Positions 48,583 through 58,732 of a stretch of DNA of 64,000 nucleotides are shown piece after piece (within the stretch, counting starts at the first letter, position 1; every line of letters begins with the position of its first letter). Origin of the DNA: Candidatus Iainarchaeum sp. Lineage in GTDB: Archaea; Iainarchaeota; Iainarchaeia; Iainarchaeales; UBA10219. The stretch spans positions 71,281 through 135,280 of the forward strand of contig JAGVWE010000006.1 of the NCBI GenBank assembly GCA_018304425.1, read 5' to 3'. A program made the translations under genes and the position numbers. The notes beneath the pieces are model-generated. The model made no database searches and was not told the DNA's origin. It saw nothing but the letters and a program-made list of their open reading frames with translations.

Positions 48583-51500
48583 ATGAAACGGGCTACCCGC
48601 ACTGCGTTGGTCGTTGCCTGGCTGGCCCTGTTGGTGGCCGGGGCCTGGGCCGCGGCGCCCACGATTTCCGGCCTCTCCCCCGATGGAAGCACGACCGTCA
48701 CCAGCAACCAGCCCACCATCCAGTTCGAGGTCAGCGAGAACGGGGCAGGGGTAACGGACTATAACGTGTCCATTGACGGAACCAAGGTGAAGGGCAAAGG
48801 GGATACGGGAATAACCGTGCAGCCGGTGGATACGGACACCAACCGCATTTCGTTCAGCGTTTCAAGCGCCTTGTCCGACGCCACGCACACCCTCAAAATC
48901 GGGGCCACCAGCGCGGATTCACCGGCCCAATACGTTGAGACCGGGACCGTGAACTTCACGGTTTCCGCGACCACGGCTTCCAACGCCCCCACCAACCCCC
49001 GCATCAGCGTGCCGCCGTTCACGCGGACCGTGAAGCCCAAGCTCCAGTTGAAGGCGGACGGCAGCCCGGCCAAGATGCGGTTCAGCTGCTCGCAGACTGG
49101 TCCATGGGACGCCAACCACTCGTATGCGACGAGCTACAGCGACTTCAACATCTTGGACCAGAACGTGGGTTGCTCGGCCAGTGAGGGCCTGCATGCCATC
49201 TGGGTGCAGTACGCGTTCGCCGCCAGCAACTGGAGTGACGCCAACACGGCTTCCACTTTCTACGATGTTTCGAAGCCCTCGAAGCCCGGGAACCTCTCCG
49301 TGGCCATCCGCGACACCGATAATGCGGTCAACGTGAAGTGGGACGAGAGTTCGGACAGCTCGGGCAGCAAGCCCCGGTACAACGTGTACCGGTCCATGGA
49401 CTTGAACTTCGTGGGCAAGGAACTCGTGTCCACGGGGCTGGCGGCCAACCAGTTCTTTGACAAGAAGGGGTTGAAGGACGGCACCACTTATTATTACCGG
49501 GCCACGGCCGTGGACAGCGCGGGCAACGAGTCGGAGCCCAGCGACGCCAAGCAAATCGTGGCCAAGGTCATCATCACCGGGGACACGGAGAAGCCCGGGG
49601 ACGGCGGCAAAGCCATTTCCGAGGGAGACCTCAAGATTGTCCTGGTGCGGGCCGACGGCAAGGAAACCCTGTCCGTGCGCAAGGAAAAGGTGACGCTCAA
49701 GGGCTCGTTCGGCAAGAAGCTCATCAACGTGAATTTGCTGTTTAAACTGCCGGGCGGGAAGACCCTGGAATTGATTGACGCCTCCAAGCCCGCGGAATCC
49801 GATAACCTGGACGGGTTTTCAAAGGAAGTGGATGCCTCGGAGGCGAAGAGCGGCAAGGGCCAGATACTATTCAAGGCCAAGGACCCGGATACCGACAAGC
49901 TGTTGTCCCGGGCCATTGAGTTCGACGTCGACACCGATGAACCGGTGGCGGACTGGATTAACCCGGAAAAGGAGAAGGCCTCGTTTGCCGGCAAGGTCTT
50001 GTTGAAGGTCAAGGCCAACGACAAGGGCTCGGGCCTCGAGAAGGCCGTGTTCTCGTACAAGGAGGCCAGGACGGGAAAGGCAGGGGAGCTGGGAACGGTT
50101 ACCAGGGACGACAACGGGTTTTACTCCCAGGAATGGAAGTTTGACGGCTACTATAACGGGGCCTACTCGGTTTCCGTGACCGTGTACGACAAGGCCGGCA
50201 ATTCCGTGACCGAGTCGCTCAAGGAAGTCAACCTTTCGGGGGCCAAGAACCCGGACAAGGAAGTCACGGAAGCCAAGGTTGTCGAGGCCGAGGCCCGGCA
50301 AGCCGACATCGACAAGTTCGCGGACCGGCTCAAGCAGAAGAACGTGGTGTCCTCGAAGCTGACCAATGCCCGGGATTCCTTCACGGCGAAGATTGCGGAA
50401 GCCAAGAGCCTGCAAGCGGCCAAGAACTATGCCGAGGCCCAGAAGCGGGTCGCGGAGGCCCTGGCGATTGTCACGGGATTGCCAAACCTCATTGAGGTAC
50501 GGGAGGCCCGGAAAGTCGATTACGTCCTCGACGCGAATGCGTTGGAGAAGGGCGTCAAGGAAGCCGGTTTGGACGAGAAACTGGTGCCCAAGGCGGTTGA
50601 CTTAATCAAGAAGTCGAAAGCCCATCGCTCGCTGGAAGTGCTGGAAATCAAGGAGGGAAGCGATTCGACTTTCCAGGTGAACGTCGTCGTGTCGGTGTCG
50701 AACCCGGGCACGGAAGCGGTTTCGCTCAAAGTCATTGAAGTGATTCCCAAGGAGTTCGCGGCCAAGGCCAGTGACTTGCGCAGCCAAGCTGATTTCAAGG
50801 TGTTGAACGCCGACCCGTCCATCGAGTTCAGGGCCGAACTCGGGAAAGGCGCTTCCCAGGAGTTCGTGTACTCGCTGAGCAAGGCGTTGTCCAAGGAAGA
50901 GGCCCGCGTGTTCCTGGACGCGGAGCCCTTGAAGGCGTTCCCCGCGCCGCCCCTGGTCTTGGAGGCTAGCCAGGCAGTCGGCGAAGTCAAGCCCAAGGCA
51001 AGGATTGACTTGACGCCGGTCCTCGCCTTCCTCGCCGTGTTGGTGGTGGCAGGGCTTGCCTTCTTTTCCTGGAAGAAGTTCGGGGGCGAAGGCCTGGGCG
51101 GGGTGGGCGCAATGATGGCCGGCTTGTTGGAACAGGTTCAGGCCGGGTTGAAGGGAGCCATGCCAGGCAAGAAGAAAGCCGAAGGCCTTTCACGGCCGTC
51201 AGGCAAGCGCGTGGACTTCCTCGACGAAGGCGAGGGCGAAGGAGTCATCAGCTTCAAGAAGGCCCGGGAAGCCCGGGGCTTTGGCGGCAAACGCTATGAG
51301 CCCTTGTTCTTGGGCGGTGACGAGGACTCGGCGGCCAAGAAACCGGAGAGAAAACTGCATCCCCTGGAGCGGCTCATCGAAGAGCACCCGCGGCCGGCTC
51401 CCCCCAAGCACGTGTTCAGGGAACCCCTGCCGGTGCGCGAGCGAAGCGAGCGCAGGGAGCGAAGCGAGCCCCCGAAGGACTTCTTCGAGGGATTGAAGAA

Positions 51501-51591
51501 GCGATTCGAGCCCAAGCCCACAGAAGAAGCCGAGGAAAAGCCCGTGCCCCGCAAGAAGGCCGGCAGCAAGTGGGGATACGGCAGCGAGTGA
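48583..51591 (+). CDS. Large surface protein with Ig-like/FN3 domains, TM anchor and charged cytoplasmic tail
   Basis: Signal peptide; FN3 motif YNVYRS...TYYYRATAVDSAGNES; YDKAGN; TM near residue 820. Confidence 0.85.
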   Translation: MKRATRTALVVAWLALLVAGAWAAAPTISGLSPDGSTTVTSNQPTIQFEVSENGAGVTDYNVSIDGTKVKGKGDTGITVQPVDTDTNRISFSVSSALSDATHTLKIGATSADSPAQYVETGTVNFTVSATTASNAPTNPRISVPPFTRTVKPKLQLKADGSPAKMRFSCSQTGPWDANHSYATSYSDFNILDQNVGCSASEGLHAIWVQYAFAASNWSDANTASTFYDVSKPSKPGNLSVAIRDTDNAVNVKWDESSDSSGSKPRYNVYRSMDLNFVGKELVSTGLAANQFFDKKGLKDGTTYYYRATAVDSAGNESEPSDAKQIVAKVIITGDTEKPGDGGKAISEGDLKIVLVRADGKETLSVRKEKVTLKGSFGKKLINVNLLFKLPGGKTLELIDASKPAESDNLDGFSKEVDASEAKSGKGQILFKAKDPDTDKLLSRAIEFDVDTDEPVADWINPEKEKASFAGKVLLKVKANDKGSGLEKAVFSYKEARTGKAGELGTVTRDDNGFYSQEWKFDGYYNGAYSVSVTVYDKAGNSVTESLKEVNLSGAKNPDKEVTEAKVVEAEARQADIDKFADRLKQKNVVSSKLTNARDSFTAKIAEAKSLQAAKNYAEAQKRVAEALAIVTGLPNLIEVREARKVDYVLDANALEKGVKEAGLDEKLVPKAVDLIKKSKAHRSLEVLEIKEGSDSTFQVNVVVSVSNPGTEAVSLKVIEVIPKEFAAKASDLRSQADFKVLNADPSIEFRAELGKGASQEFVYSLSKALSKEEARVFLDAEPLKAFPAPPLVLEASQAVGEVKPKARIDLTPVLAFLAVLVVAGLAFFSWKKFGGEGLGGVGAMMAGLLEQVQAGLKGAMPGKKKAEGLSRPSGKRVDFLDEGEGEGVISFKKAREARGFGGKRYEPLFLGGDEDSAAKKPERKLHPLERLIEEHPRPAPPKHVFREPLPVRERSERRERSEPPKDFFEGLKKRFEPKPTEEAEEKPVPRKKAGSKWGYGSE

Positions 51592-51634
51592 AACCCGGAG
51601 AAAGGCTTTTATTCCGGCGAGCGGGTAGGTTAGT

Positions 51635-52054
51635 ATGGGATTGAAAAGCCCCTACTTGAACAGGCTCCACCGCGTGCTGAGTGCAGCCCACGCCGATTAT
51701 TTGGTGGCGCCCTGGGACGCGAGCCGGGAACAGCGCCGGAATTTGCGGCGCCGGACGAGAATCGCCGCAAACGTGATGCTGGCCATGGGAGAACTGTCGC
51801 CCGCCCAGCAACGAGCCGTGAACGCCGCCAGGGAACACTGGACTGCAAGCGGCTTTGACAGGGAACACAGGCTAAGCCTGGCTGACGCGGCGCTCCTGCG
51901 GGACGTGGCCGCACTCCCTTCCGTGACCCTGATCGCGTTGAAAAGGGGCCAGCCCTACGACCAGGTGGAGCGCAGGATTAGGCAGCTGATGGAACGATAC
52001 CAACTCACCTTGCTTTATTTTCATAGGGCGCTTATGGAACAGGGCAAAGGCTAG
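51635..52054 (+). CDS. Hypothetical Arg-rich protein
   Basis: ATG ORF filling the intergenic space, with a TATA-like box upstream. Confidence 0.55.
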   Translation: MGLKSPYLNRLHRVLSAAHADYLVAPWDASREQRRNLRRRTRIAANVMLAMGELSPAQQRAVNAAREHWTASGFDREHRLSLADAALLRDVAALPSVTLIALKRGQPYDQVERRIRQLMERYQLTLLYFHRALMEQGKG

Positions 52055-52917
52055 TAGTTTCCGCCCGTGTAGCTGATGTCGAAGCCCTTGTTGCCCAACC
52101 GATAGGCGACCATGCGTTTTTCGTGGGCGCAGCTCCGGAGTTTGAGGAGTTCCAAGGCGTTTTCGCGGCGCTTGTCGGTCTTCATGTTGTACAAGACCAC
52201 GACGCCGTCGGCGAGGAACTCTTCCACGCCCGTGCGGGAATAGAGTTGGGGGTCCTGCTCGGTTTCGCCGATGACGAGGTTCACCGAGTTATTGTATTCA
52301 AGCGTTTCGAAGAGTTCGCGGAGGTACTTCCGGTAGTTTTCCTCGGCCTCGAAGCCGATGGACAAAGCGGAAAGCGAGTCGATGGCGATGCGGTCGGGCA
52401 CGAAGGGCAGCTCCATCTTCCGGAACTTGATGCGCAGCGAACCCGTTTTTTCGGCGAGCCTTCCCTCCACGCTGCGCGCAATCTTGGTGGGGTCGAATTT
52501 CACGATGGCCACCATGCCCTGCCGCTCGAGGGCGTCAAAGTCCCAGCCATAGTTCTTGACCATGTGCTTCTTGACTTTGTGGGGCTCTTCCTCAAAGGAA
52601 ATGAAAATCCCTTTCTCCCCAGCGAGGGCGCCGTGGTAAATGGATTGCAGGCAAAAAGTGGTCTTTCCCGTGCCGCAGCCGCCCGTAACCAGGGTCGTGG
52701 AACCGCGTTCGAGGCCGCCGTCCTTGATGAGCTTGTCGAAGCTGCTGACGCGGGTGGGCAGGGTTTCAATGGGTGCCCTGCTGACTTCCTTGGGTTTCAG
52801 GCGGAGGATGTCTTCCTCGGCCGCTTCTCCCGGGGCTTCCTCGTCATCCCCGAAGGAAATCACGCGGCTCTTGCGCCACTTGCTGAGCTTTTCCTCGAGT
52901 TTGCTCTCTTCGTCCAT
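52051..52917 (-). CDS. RAD55/KaiC-like single-domain ATPase
   Basis: GGCGTGKT Walker A, FISFEE, IAIDS, LADGVV, LKLR. Confidence 0.9.
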   Translation of the reverse strand: MDEESKLEEKLSKWRKSRVISFGDDEEAPGEAAEEDILRLKPKEVSRAPIETLPTRVSSFDKLIKDGGLERGSTTLVTGGCGTGKTTFCLQSIYHGALAGEKGIFISFEEEPHKVKKHMVKNYGWDFDALERQGMVAIVKFDPTKIARSVEGRLAEKTGSLRIKFRKMELPFVPDRIAIDSLSALSIGFEAEENYRKYLRELFETLEYNNSVNLVIGETEQDPQLYSRTGVEEFLADGVVVLYNMKTDKRRENALELLKLRSCAHEKRMVAYRLGNKGFDISYTGGNY

Positions 52918-53012
52918 TCCAGTGCCTCACCCGTACTCCATTCCCTTGCTATATAAATAAAAGCCTTGCCGTATGGAAAGCCCCTGCCTGGCCCAAACGG
53001 CTTCCAACGGCC

Positions 53013-54245
53013 TTATAGGGCTCCTTCTTCGCCTCCCTGGCTCTTCAAGATCTTGTCGATTTCGATGAGGCGGGCCTCGGCTTCGCCCAAGCGCTTCTTG
53101 AAGGTGTTCTTGTCGATGACCATGCGGTCAAAGTAGTCCGCCTGGATCTTGCGGATGCCTTCCCGCAACCGCCCGCGCTCGGCCAACAAGGACTTGCGGT
53201 CAAGCTGGCCACGCACCTTGGAATAACCCGTGTAAGCCGCGGCCCCCAGGAGGACCAACGCGAAGACGATGATCAAGCCATTGTTTTTGAGGAACAAGGC
53301 CGTTCGGTCCACGGTAATCACGAGGTCAATCACCTTTTTCCCCTCGTTTCCGGCGGAGTCCGCGACCGTCAAGGCAAAGGACAGGGAACCGATGTGTTTT
53401 TCCTCGGCCTCGAATTTGCCGGCAAAAGTGCTTTCCACGCCGGACACGGGCTGCAACTCCAGCTTGGAGCCATTGAATTCAAGCCACGCCTTCCCCCCCG
53501 TCAAGGGCTTGCCGCTGGGGTACGAGGCCTTCACTTTGAAGGGGATCTCGGTCTCCAAGTCAAAGTTGGAGATGCTGGGCTCCAGGACTTCCAGCTTGAG
53601 GTCGGCACGGTCAATGCCCACCACCAAGGTGTTGGCGCCCCCCAAAGACTTTTCCCCGGTTTTTTCGGCCAGCACGTGCAGGAACCAGTTCCCGCCCTGG
53701 GCATCAAAGGGCACCAGATAGTCAGCGGAATACACGCCCAAACCGGTTTCCTCCAGGGGGCGGGGCTCGCCGGACACGTCGAAGAACACCACGTTGGCGC
53801 CGCTGACGGGTTCCCCTGACTCGGAGAGCTTCACGCTAATCGACAACGACTCGGTCTTATAGTGCTTGACCGGTGCCGGGCTCACGAAGGTAACCAGGTA
53901 ATAATCGCTGTCCGCCGTGGGCTTGACCTCGGTTTCGGCTTCAGCCGAGGCCTGGCCCTCCACGGCCTTCACCGTCCACTGACCGGAGGGCACCAGGAAA
54001 GAAATGCCTTGGAACAAGGAGTACTTGCCTTCCGCGTTGCACGGCACCGCCTGCGCAAACGGCTTGGCCTTGCCCTTTTCCGTCCACGCCGAAACTTCAA
54101 CGGTTTCATTGGCCGTGCACTGGCCGGAAACCGCCATTTCCTGGCCCTTGAAATAGGTCTGCTTGTCCAATTCCACGGTCAACGCCTGGACCCCCACGAA
54201 GGCCAGGCAAAAAACCAGCAAAAACAGGGCCCGCCCGGAATTCAT
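53013..54245 (-). CDS. Membrane-anchored Ig-fold surface protein
   Basis: Signal peptide, beta-rich repeats (DSAGN), C-terminal TM and helical tail. Confidence 0.8.
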   Translation of the reverse strand: MNSGRALFLLVFCLAFVGVQALTVELDKQTYFKGQEMAVSGQCTANETVEVSAWTEKGKAKPFAQAVPCNAEGKYSLFQGISFLVPSGQWTVKAVEGQASAEAETEVKPTADSDYYLVTFVSPAPVKHYKTESLSISVKLSESGEPVSGANVVFFDVSGEPRPLEETGLGVYSADYLVPFDAQGGNWFLHVLAEKTGEKSLGGANTLVVGIDRADLKLEVLEPSISNFDLETEIPFKVKASYPSGKPLTGGKAWLEFNGSKLELQPVSGVESTFAGKFEAEEKHIGSLSFALTVADSAGNEGKKVIDLVITVDRTALFLKNNGLIIVFALVLLGAAAYTGYSKVRGQLDRKSLLAERGRLREGIRKIQADYFDRMVIDKNTFKKRLGEAEARLIEIDKILKSQGGEEGAL

Positions 54246-55984
54246 TTGGCTGCCTCCAGTTGCTGTTCCAGCTTGTCCAATTCCTCGCCATACTTTTCCG
54301 TGAGCCGCGTGAACTCGGACTTGGGCAGCGTGCCCTCGTCATAGTACTTGTTGTTTATCTCCTCGATCATGGCCTTGAGCTGCTGCCTGCGCATCCCCAT
54401 CTTTTCCTTTGACTTCTTGGAAGAAAACTGGAAGAAGCCATAGCCTCCTCCCCCGACCACCAAGACCAACACCACCAACACCATCAACCAGTTCTTCTGC
54501 AAGACGAAGGCAAGCGATTCCCCGGTGACCTCGATGCTTACCTCCTTTTCCACGGCATTGCCATGCTGGTCCCTGACCACGAACTTGACCGGCCGGTTGC
54601 CCTGGTCCTTTTCCTGCAAGTAATACGTGCCGCCAAAAATCCCGGTCTCCAACGCCGTGAGCGGGGCCTCCGCGCCGCTGACCACGAGCTTGACCTCGGC
54701 TTCCTCGACCTTGGAGCCATCCGGGTAGGTCAACCGGAGCTTGGCCACCAGGGCATCCCCGATGCGGAAATGCACGTTCACGGGTTCCAGGACTTCCACG
54801 ACTATCTTACCCGATTCGATGACCACCAGCAACCGGGTCATGCCCTCGGCCGGCAGCCCCTCCAGGGCCCCCGCAGCCGAGAACTCGAGTTGCTGGCTGC
54901 CCGCCGGGAACTCATAACCTATCTCCAGGTCAACCGCGTACACCCCGCTGCCTTGGTCCTCCAAGTCAAGGACCCTTCCGTCGGGCACCTTGACCTTGAC
55001 GCTCGCGCCCGAAACCTTGTTGCCTTCCTCGTCCACCACCGTCACGCTGACCGGCTTCTTTTCCCCGCGCTTGAGCACCGTGTTGTTGGGAATGGAGGGG
55101 GAAAGCTTCAACTCGGTCTTGGTGCGCGGCGCCTCCACGAGCACGTCCTTGGAGTAACTCAGTTCGTTGCCAGCGGAGTCCTTTCCCTGCAACTGCACCC
55201 TCCACTTGCCCACGGGGTCAATGGTGGAAAGATGGTAGGAAGCGCTGAACGCGCCGCTGGAGTCCGCGGAAACGGTTTCACTGTACTTGGTTTCGCTGCC
55301 ATAGAAGACCTTGGCCTCGACCTGGATGGGCGCGGGCTCGGACTTCTTCAAGGCCAGGCCACTCAAGTCAATGGTGTCACCCAGCTGGTAACGGTCCTTG
55401 ACCTTCACGTCCGCGGAAATCTTGGGCTCGACCACGAACTCGAAGTCCCGGGTTATCTCGAGTTTCCGGAAGCGGGCCACGAACTGGGCCGGGTACTTGC
55501 CGGGCGGCATGGAGGCCTCGACCGGGAACCGGTTGGCGTACACGTTGTCGAAATTCGAGCCGTCCTCGTGGGCTCCGTCATTGTACAAGTAGAACTGCGG
55601 CCCCGGCAAGCCGGTAACCTCCAACTCCGCGCCGACCACGGGAAAGCCGCTGGAGCTCACGGTTATCTTCAGCAGCCCCTTTTCCCCCAGGTAATAGGTT
55701 TCGCCTTCGGCGGGGTTCAAGACCTCGAACTCGAGGGTCGTCGGAGGACAGTCGGCCGGGCAGGTGCCATAGCTCTCCGCATAGCCCTCGCTGACCTCGC
55801 ACAAGTCGTTGCGGCAGCAGTTGGGAACAACGACTTTCTCGCACTTGTTTTCCTTGACCTCGTAGACCATGCAGTACTCGCCGGCCACGGGGCCCTCGCA
55901 AAAGGTTTCCTGGGCGGACGCGAACGCCGCAAACGAGGACAAGGCCAGGACTGCAAGAAAGCCGAAATGGATTGCTTTTTTCAT
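54242..55984 (-). CDS. Membrane-anchored Ig-fold surface protein with Cys-rich N-terminus
   Basis: Signal peptide; CC..C...CPADC; LYNDGAHED...DNVY motif; TM and helical tail. Confidence 0.8.
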   Translation of the reverse strand: MKKAIHFGFLAVLALSSFAAFASAQETFCEGPVAGEYCMVYEVKENKCEKVVVPNCCRNDLCEVSEGYAESYGTCPADCPPTTLEFEVLNPAEGETYYLGEKGLLKITVSSSGFPVVGAELEVTGLPGPQFYLYNDGAHEDGSNFDNVYANRFPVEASMPPGKYPAQFVARFRKLEITRDFEFVVEPKISADVKVKDRYQLGDTIDLSGLALKKSEPAPIQVEAKVFYGSETKYSETVSADSSGAFSASYHLSTIDPVGKWRVQLQGKDSAGNELSYSKDVLVEAPRTKTELKLSPSIPNNTVLKRGEKKPVSVTVVDEEGNKVSGASVKVKVPDGRVLDLEDQGSGVYAVDLEIGYEFPAGSQQLEFSAAGALEGLPAEGMTRLLVVIESGKIVVEVLEPVNVHFRIGDALVAKLRLTYPDGSKVEEAEVKLVVSGAEAPLTALETGIFGGTYYLQEKDQGNRPVKFVVRDQHGNAVEKEVSIEVTGESLAFVLQKNWLMVLVVLVLVVGGGGYGFFQFSSKKSKEKMGMRRQQLKAMIEEINNKYYDEGTLPKSEFTRLTEKYGEELDKLEQQLEAAK

Positions 55985-56011
55985 GGGGGTTCAACTCTCA
56001 TGGAAACCAAT

Positions 56012-56365
56012 TCACTTCCAGGGAAGCGGGGAAACCGCGTCCCCTGCCTTCACCATGGGAAAAAACCGGTTCAACGCCTTCGGCACGCTTACCTTTCCAA
56101 TGCGGACGAGGAAGGTCAGGATGCCCAGCAACACCAGGAACAAGGACAAGCCCAGCACGGTCTCCGCGTTCACGGGCATGCGCAGCAACTGGTTGCCCAA
56201 CAGCAACGCCAGGGGCAGGAAGGTAAGGCTGAACACCACCGAGAACACCCACCGCTCGAGCCTCGAAATCTCGCCGCGCCGGGGAAAAAACCCCAGCACC
56301 AGGAAGTACCCCGGAACCACCAACAGGAAGCCAAAAACCAATGCGCCGCCCAACAACTTCAGCAT
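56012..56365 (-). CDS. Small membrane protein (DUF1616 N-terminal-like)
   Basis: VPGYFL...FFPR..EI..LER..FSV.FS. Confidence 0.7.
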   Translation of the reverse strand: MLKLLGGALVFGFLLVVPGYFLVLGFFPRRGEISRLERWVFSVVFSLTFLPLALLLGNQLLRMPVNAETVLGLSLFLVLLGILTFLVRIGKVSVPKALNRFFPMVKAGDAVSPLPWK

Positions 56366-56401
56366 GCCAAACCACTAACATATACCTGATTTATATTTAA
56401 A

Positions 56402-57577
56402 ATGGTTATGGCTCAATTGGCTTTAATGACCGAGGAATACGCGGCTGCCGTGGTCGGAGCGGGTCCCGTGGGCTTGAATGCCGCCATCCAGGTGCAGAAG
56501 AACGGCTTCGACGTCGTGGTCTTGGAGGACTCCGAGGAAATCGGCCTGCCCTGCCAGTGCTCGGGCCTGATTTCGCGGAGCGGCTACGAGGGCCTGGGCC
56601 TGAAGTACGACAAGACCATCGTCAACCGCGTGCGGGGCGCCAGGATTTTCGCCCCCGACCGCACCGAGTTCAAGGTCGAACGGTTTGACACGGTTGCCTA
56701 CGTCATCGACCGGCCGAAGCTCGACAAGGTCTTCGCCCGGGACGCCAAGGAACTGGGGGTCGACATCTGGCTGAACTCCAGCGTCGTGGACGTGAAGGAC
56801 GGAACGGTTTTCTACAAGAACAAGGCCGGCAAAGGCGAGATGGTGAAGGCCAAGGCCGTGGTGGGCGCGGACGGAATCGTTTCAACGGTGCGGAAGTCCA
56901 TGGGCATCGAAGCCCAAAAGGAGTGGTACGTGCCCGGCTACCAGATTACCGGCCGCGGAAAGTTCGACCCCGACTTCGTGGAAGTGCACTTCGGGCCCTG
57001 GGCCGACAAGTTCTTCGCCTGGGTCATCCCGGAAAGCAAGACCACGGCCCGGATTGGCTTGGGCGTCACCGGGAAGAACGCGCGCACCTGCCTCGAGCAG
57101 TTCATGGACGACCGCGGCATCAAGGCGCAGAAGCTGGACTTCCAGGCCGGTGTCATCCCGGCCGGGCCGCCGGTAACCAATCTGGTGAAGGACAACGTCT
57201 TGCTGGCCGGGGACGCGGCGTTCCAGGCCAAGGCCACGACGGGCGGGGGAATCATGCTGGGCATCGAGGCCAGCAACCACGCCGCCAAAGCCATCGTGGA
57301 CCACTTCAAGTACAAGACGCCCCTGACCTCCTACCAGAAGCACGTGGAACCCGTGACGCGGGAGCTGGAAATCCATTGGCGCGTGCGCAGGTACCTGAAC
57401 CAGTTGAACGACGAGGACCTGAACAAGCTCTTCCAGCGCATGAAGGCCGCGGGCATGGAAAAGTTTTTGTCGGACAACGCGGACATGGACAAGCCCAGCA
57501 GTTTCTTGAAGAAAGTCGCGGGCAGCCCCAAGATGTGGATGATGCTGCCGGAGATGATTAAGTTCCTCAGAGGATAA
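56402..57577 (+). CDS. Geranylgeranyl reductase family FAD oxidoreductase
   Basis: VGAGPVG, P.QCSG, GADG, FAWVIP, GDAA...TTGGGI. Confidence 0.9.
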   Translation: MVMAQLALMTEEYAAAVVGAGPVGLNAAIQVQKNGFDVVVLEDSEEIGLPCQCSGLISRSGYEGLGLKYDKTIVNRVRGARIFAPDRTEFKVERFDTVAYVIDRPKLDKVFARDAKELGVDIWLNSSVVDVKDGTVFYKNKAGKGEMVKAKAVVGADGIVSTVRKSMGIEAQKEWYVPGYQITGRGKFDPDFVEVHFGPWADKFFAWVIPESKTTARIGLGVTGKNARTCLEQFMDDRGIKAQKLDFQAGVIPAGPPVTNLVKDNVLLAGDAAFQAKATTGGGIMLGIEASNHAAKAIVDHFKYKTPLTSYQKHVEPVTRELEIHWRVRRYLNQLNDEDLNKLFQRMKAAGMEKFLSDNADMDKPSSFLKKVAGSPKMWMMLPEMIKFLRG

Positions 57578-57726
57578 TGCATATGCACAACCAAGGCACA
57601 TTCGAAGTGGCAGGCCTCGTCCCATTGAGCCTCTTTGGGGCGAAATGGGACCAGTCCACAGATGTCAACTGGCTGGGCAGTTGGTGGGCGATGCTGCCGG
57701 AGATGATTAAGTTCTTGCGGGGTTGA
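57541..57726 (+). repeat. Duplicated 3' end of the GGR gene (25-bp exact direct repeat)
   Basis: GATGCTGCCGGAGATGATTAAGTTC at 57541-57565 and 57690-57714; both copies continue as L-R-G-stop. Confidence 0.9.
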
Positions 57727-57734
57727 AGGGTGGG

Positions 57735-58718
57735 ATGCAGGTGGACGCGGAACAACGCAAGTGGCTGGAAAAAATCGGGATTCCCCTGGCCATCGCCCTG
57801 GTACTGGTGGCGATAGCCTTTTTTGTCCTCAGTGACCGGCTGGAGGGGCTCCGCCAGGACCTCCGCACGGAGGCCGGGAAAAACGCTGAAGCGCTGGCCG
57901 CGCTCGAGAAAGCCCAGAAAGGCGAGCTGGCCACGCTGCGGCAAGGCGTGGAAGCCAAGGCCGAGGAACTGGAGGCAGCGGACACCGCGTTGGCCGCCCA
58001 ACTCGAGTTGACCACGCAGCAGACCAACCAGACCTTTGAATCCGTGGCCAGCACGATGGAGGCATTGGAAGCCAAGCGGAGCAGCGAGTTGACCGCGCTC
58101 AAGGACCAGGTGTCCGGTTTGAGCCTCGAGGCGGGGGACTTTTCGGGCATCGTGGACGAGCTGATTCCGAAGGTCGTGAGCATCAAGAGCCAGGGCAGCC
58201 TGGCCAGCGGCGCGATTTTCCGGCAGGACGGCTTCATCGTCACGAACTACCACGTCATCGAGGGCAAGACCGACATCAGCATAACGCTTTCAAACAAGAA
58301 ACAGTACAAGGCGGAAATCATCGGCTTCAACCAGGACAACGACTTGGCCGTGCTGAAAGTGGAGCGCACGGGCCTGCGGTTCTTCGAGTTCGGGAACAGC
58401 GACAACGTCAAGGTCGGCGAGAAAGTGCTGGCGCTTGGAAACCCCTTGGGCCTGGACTTCACGGTCACGCAGGGCATCGTCTCGGCCAAGAACCGCAAGA
58501 TTTCAGGGCTGCCCGGGGAGTTCATCCAAACGGACGTGCCCATCAACCCCGGGAACTCGGGCGGGCCCCTCGTGAACAAGGCAGGGGAGCTCATCGGCAT
58601 CAACACCCTGAAAGTCAAGGACCAGGAGAGCCTGGGCTTCGCCATCCCCAGCAACTTCGCGCGCTCCAACGCCGAGGAAATCATCCGCAAGTGGGAAGCG
58701 AAAGAAGCGCAGGGGTAA
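57735..58718 (+). CDS. Membrane-anchored trypsin-like (HtrA-type) serine protease without PDZ
   Basis: N-terminal TM, coiled coil, TNYHV, DLAVLK, INPGNSGGPL. Confidence 0.9.
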   Translation: MQVDAEQRKWLEKIGIPLAIALVLVAIAFFVLSDRLEGLRQDLRTEAGKNAEALAALEKAQKGELATLRQGVEAKAEELEAADTALAAQLELTTQQTNQTFESVASTMEALEAKRSSELTALKDQVSGLSLEAGDFSGIVDELIPKVVSIKSQGSLASGAIFRQDGFIVTNYHVIEGKTDISITLSNKKQYKAEIIGFNQDNDLAVLKVERTGLRFFEFGNSDNVKVGEKVLALGNPLGLDFTVTQGIVSAKNRKISGLPGEFIQTDVPINPGNSGGPLVNKAGELIGINTLKVKDQESLGFAIPSNFARSNAEEIIRKWEAKEAQG

Positions 58719-58732
58719 CAGCAAGCGGGCTA

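Noticed and set aside
52051-52917. Circadian clock KaiC
   Set aside because: Single ATPase domain and no kaiA/kaiB; fits the common archaeal RAD55-like family.
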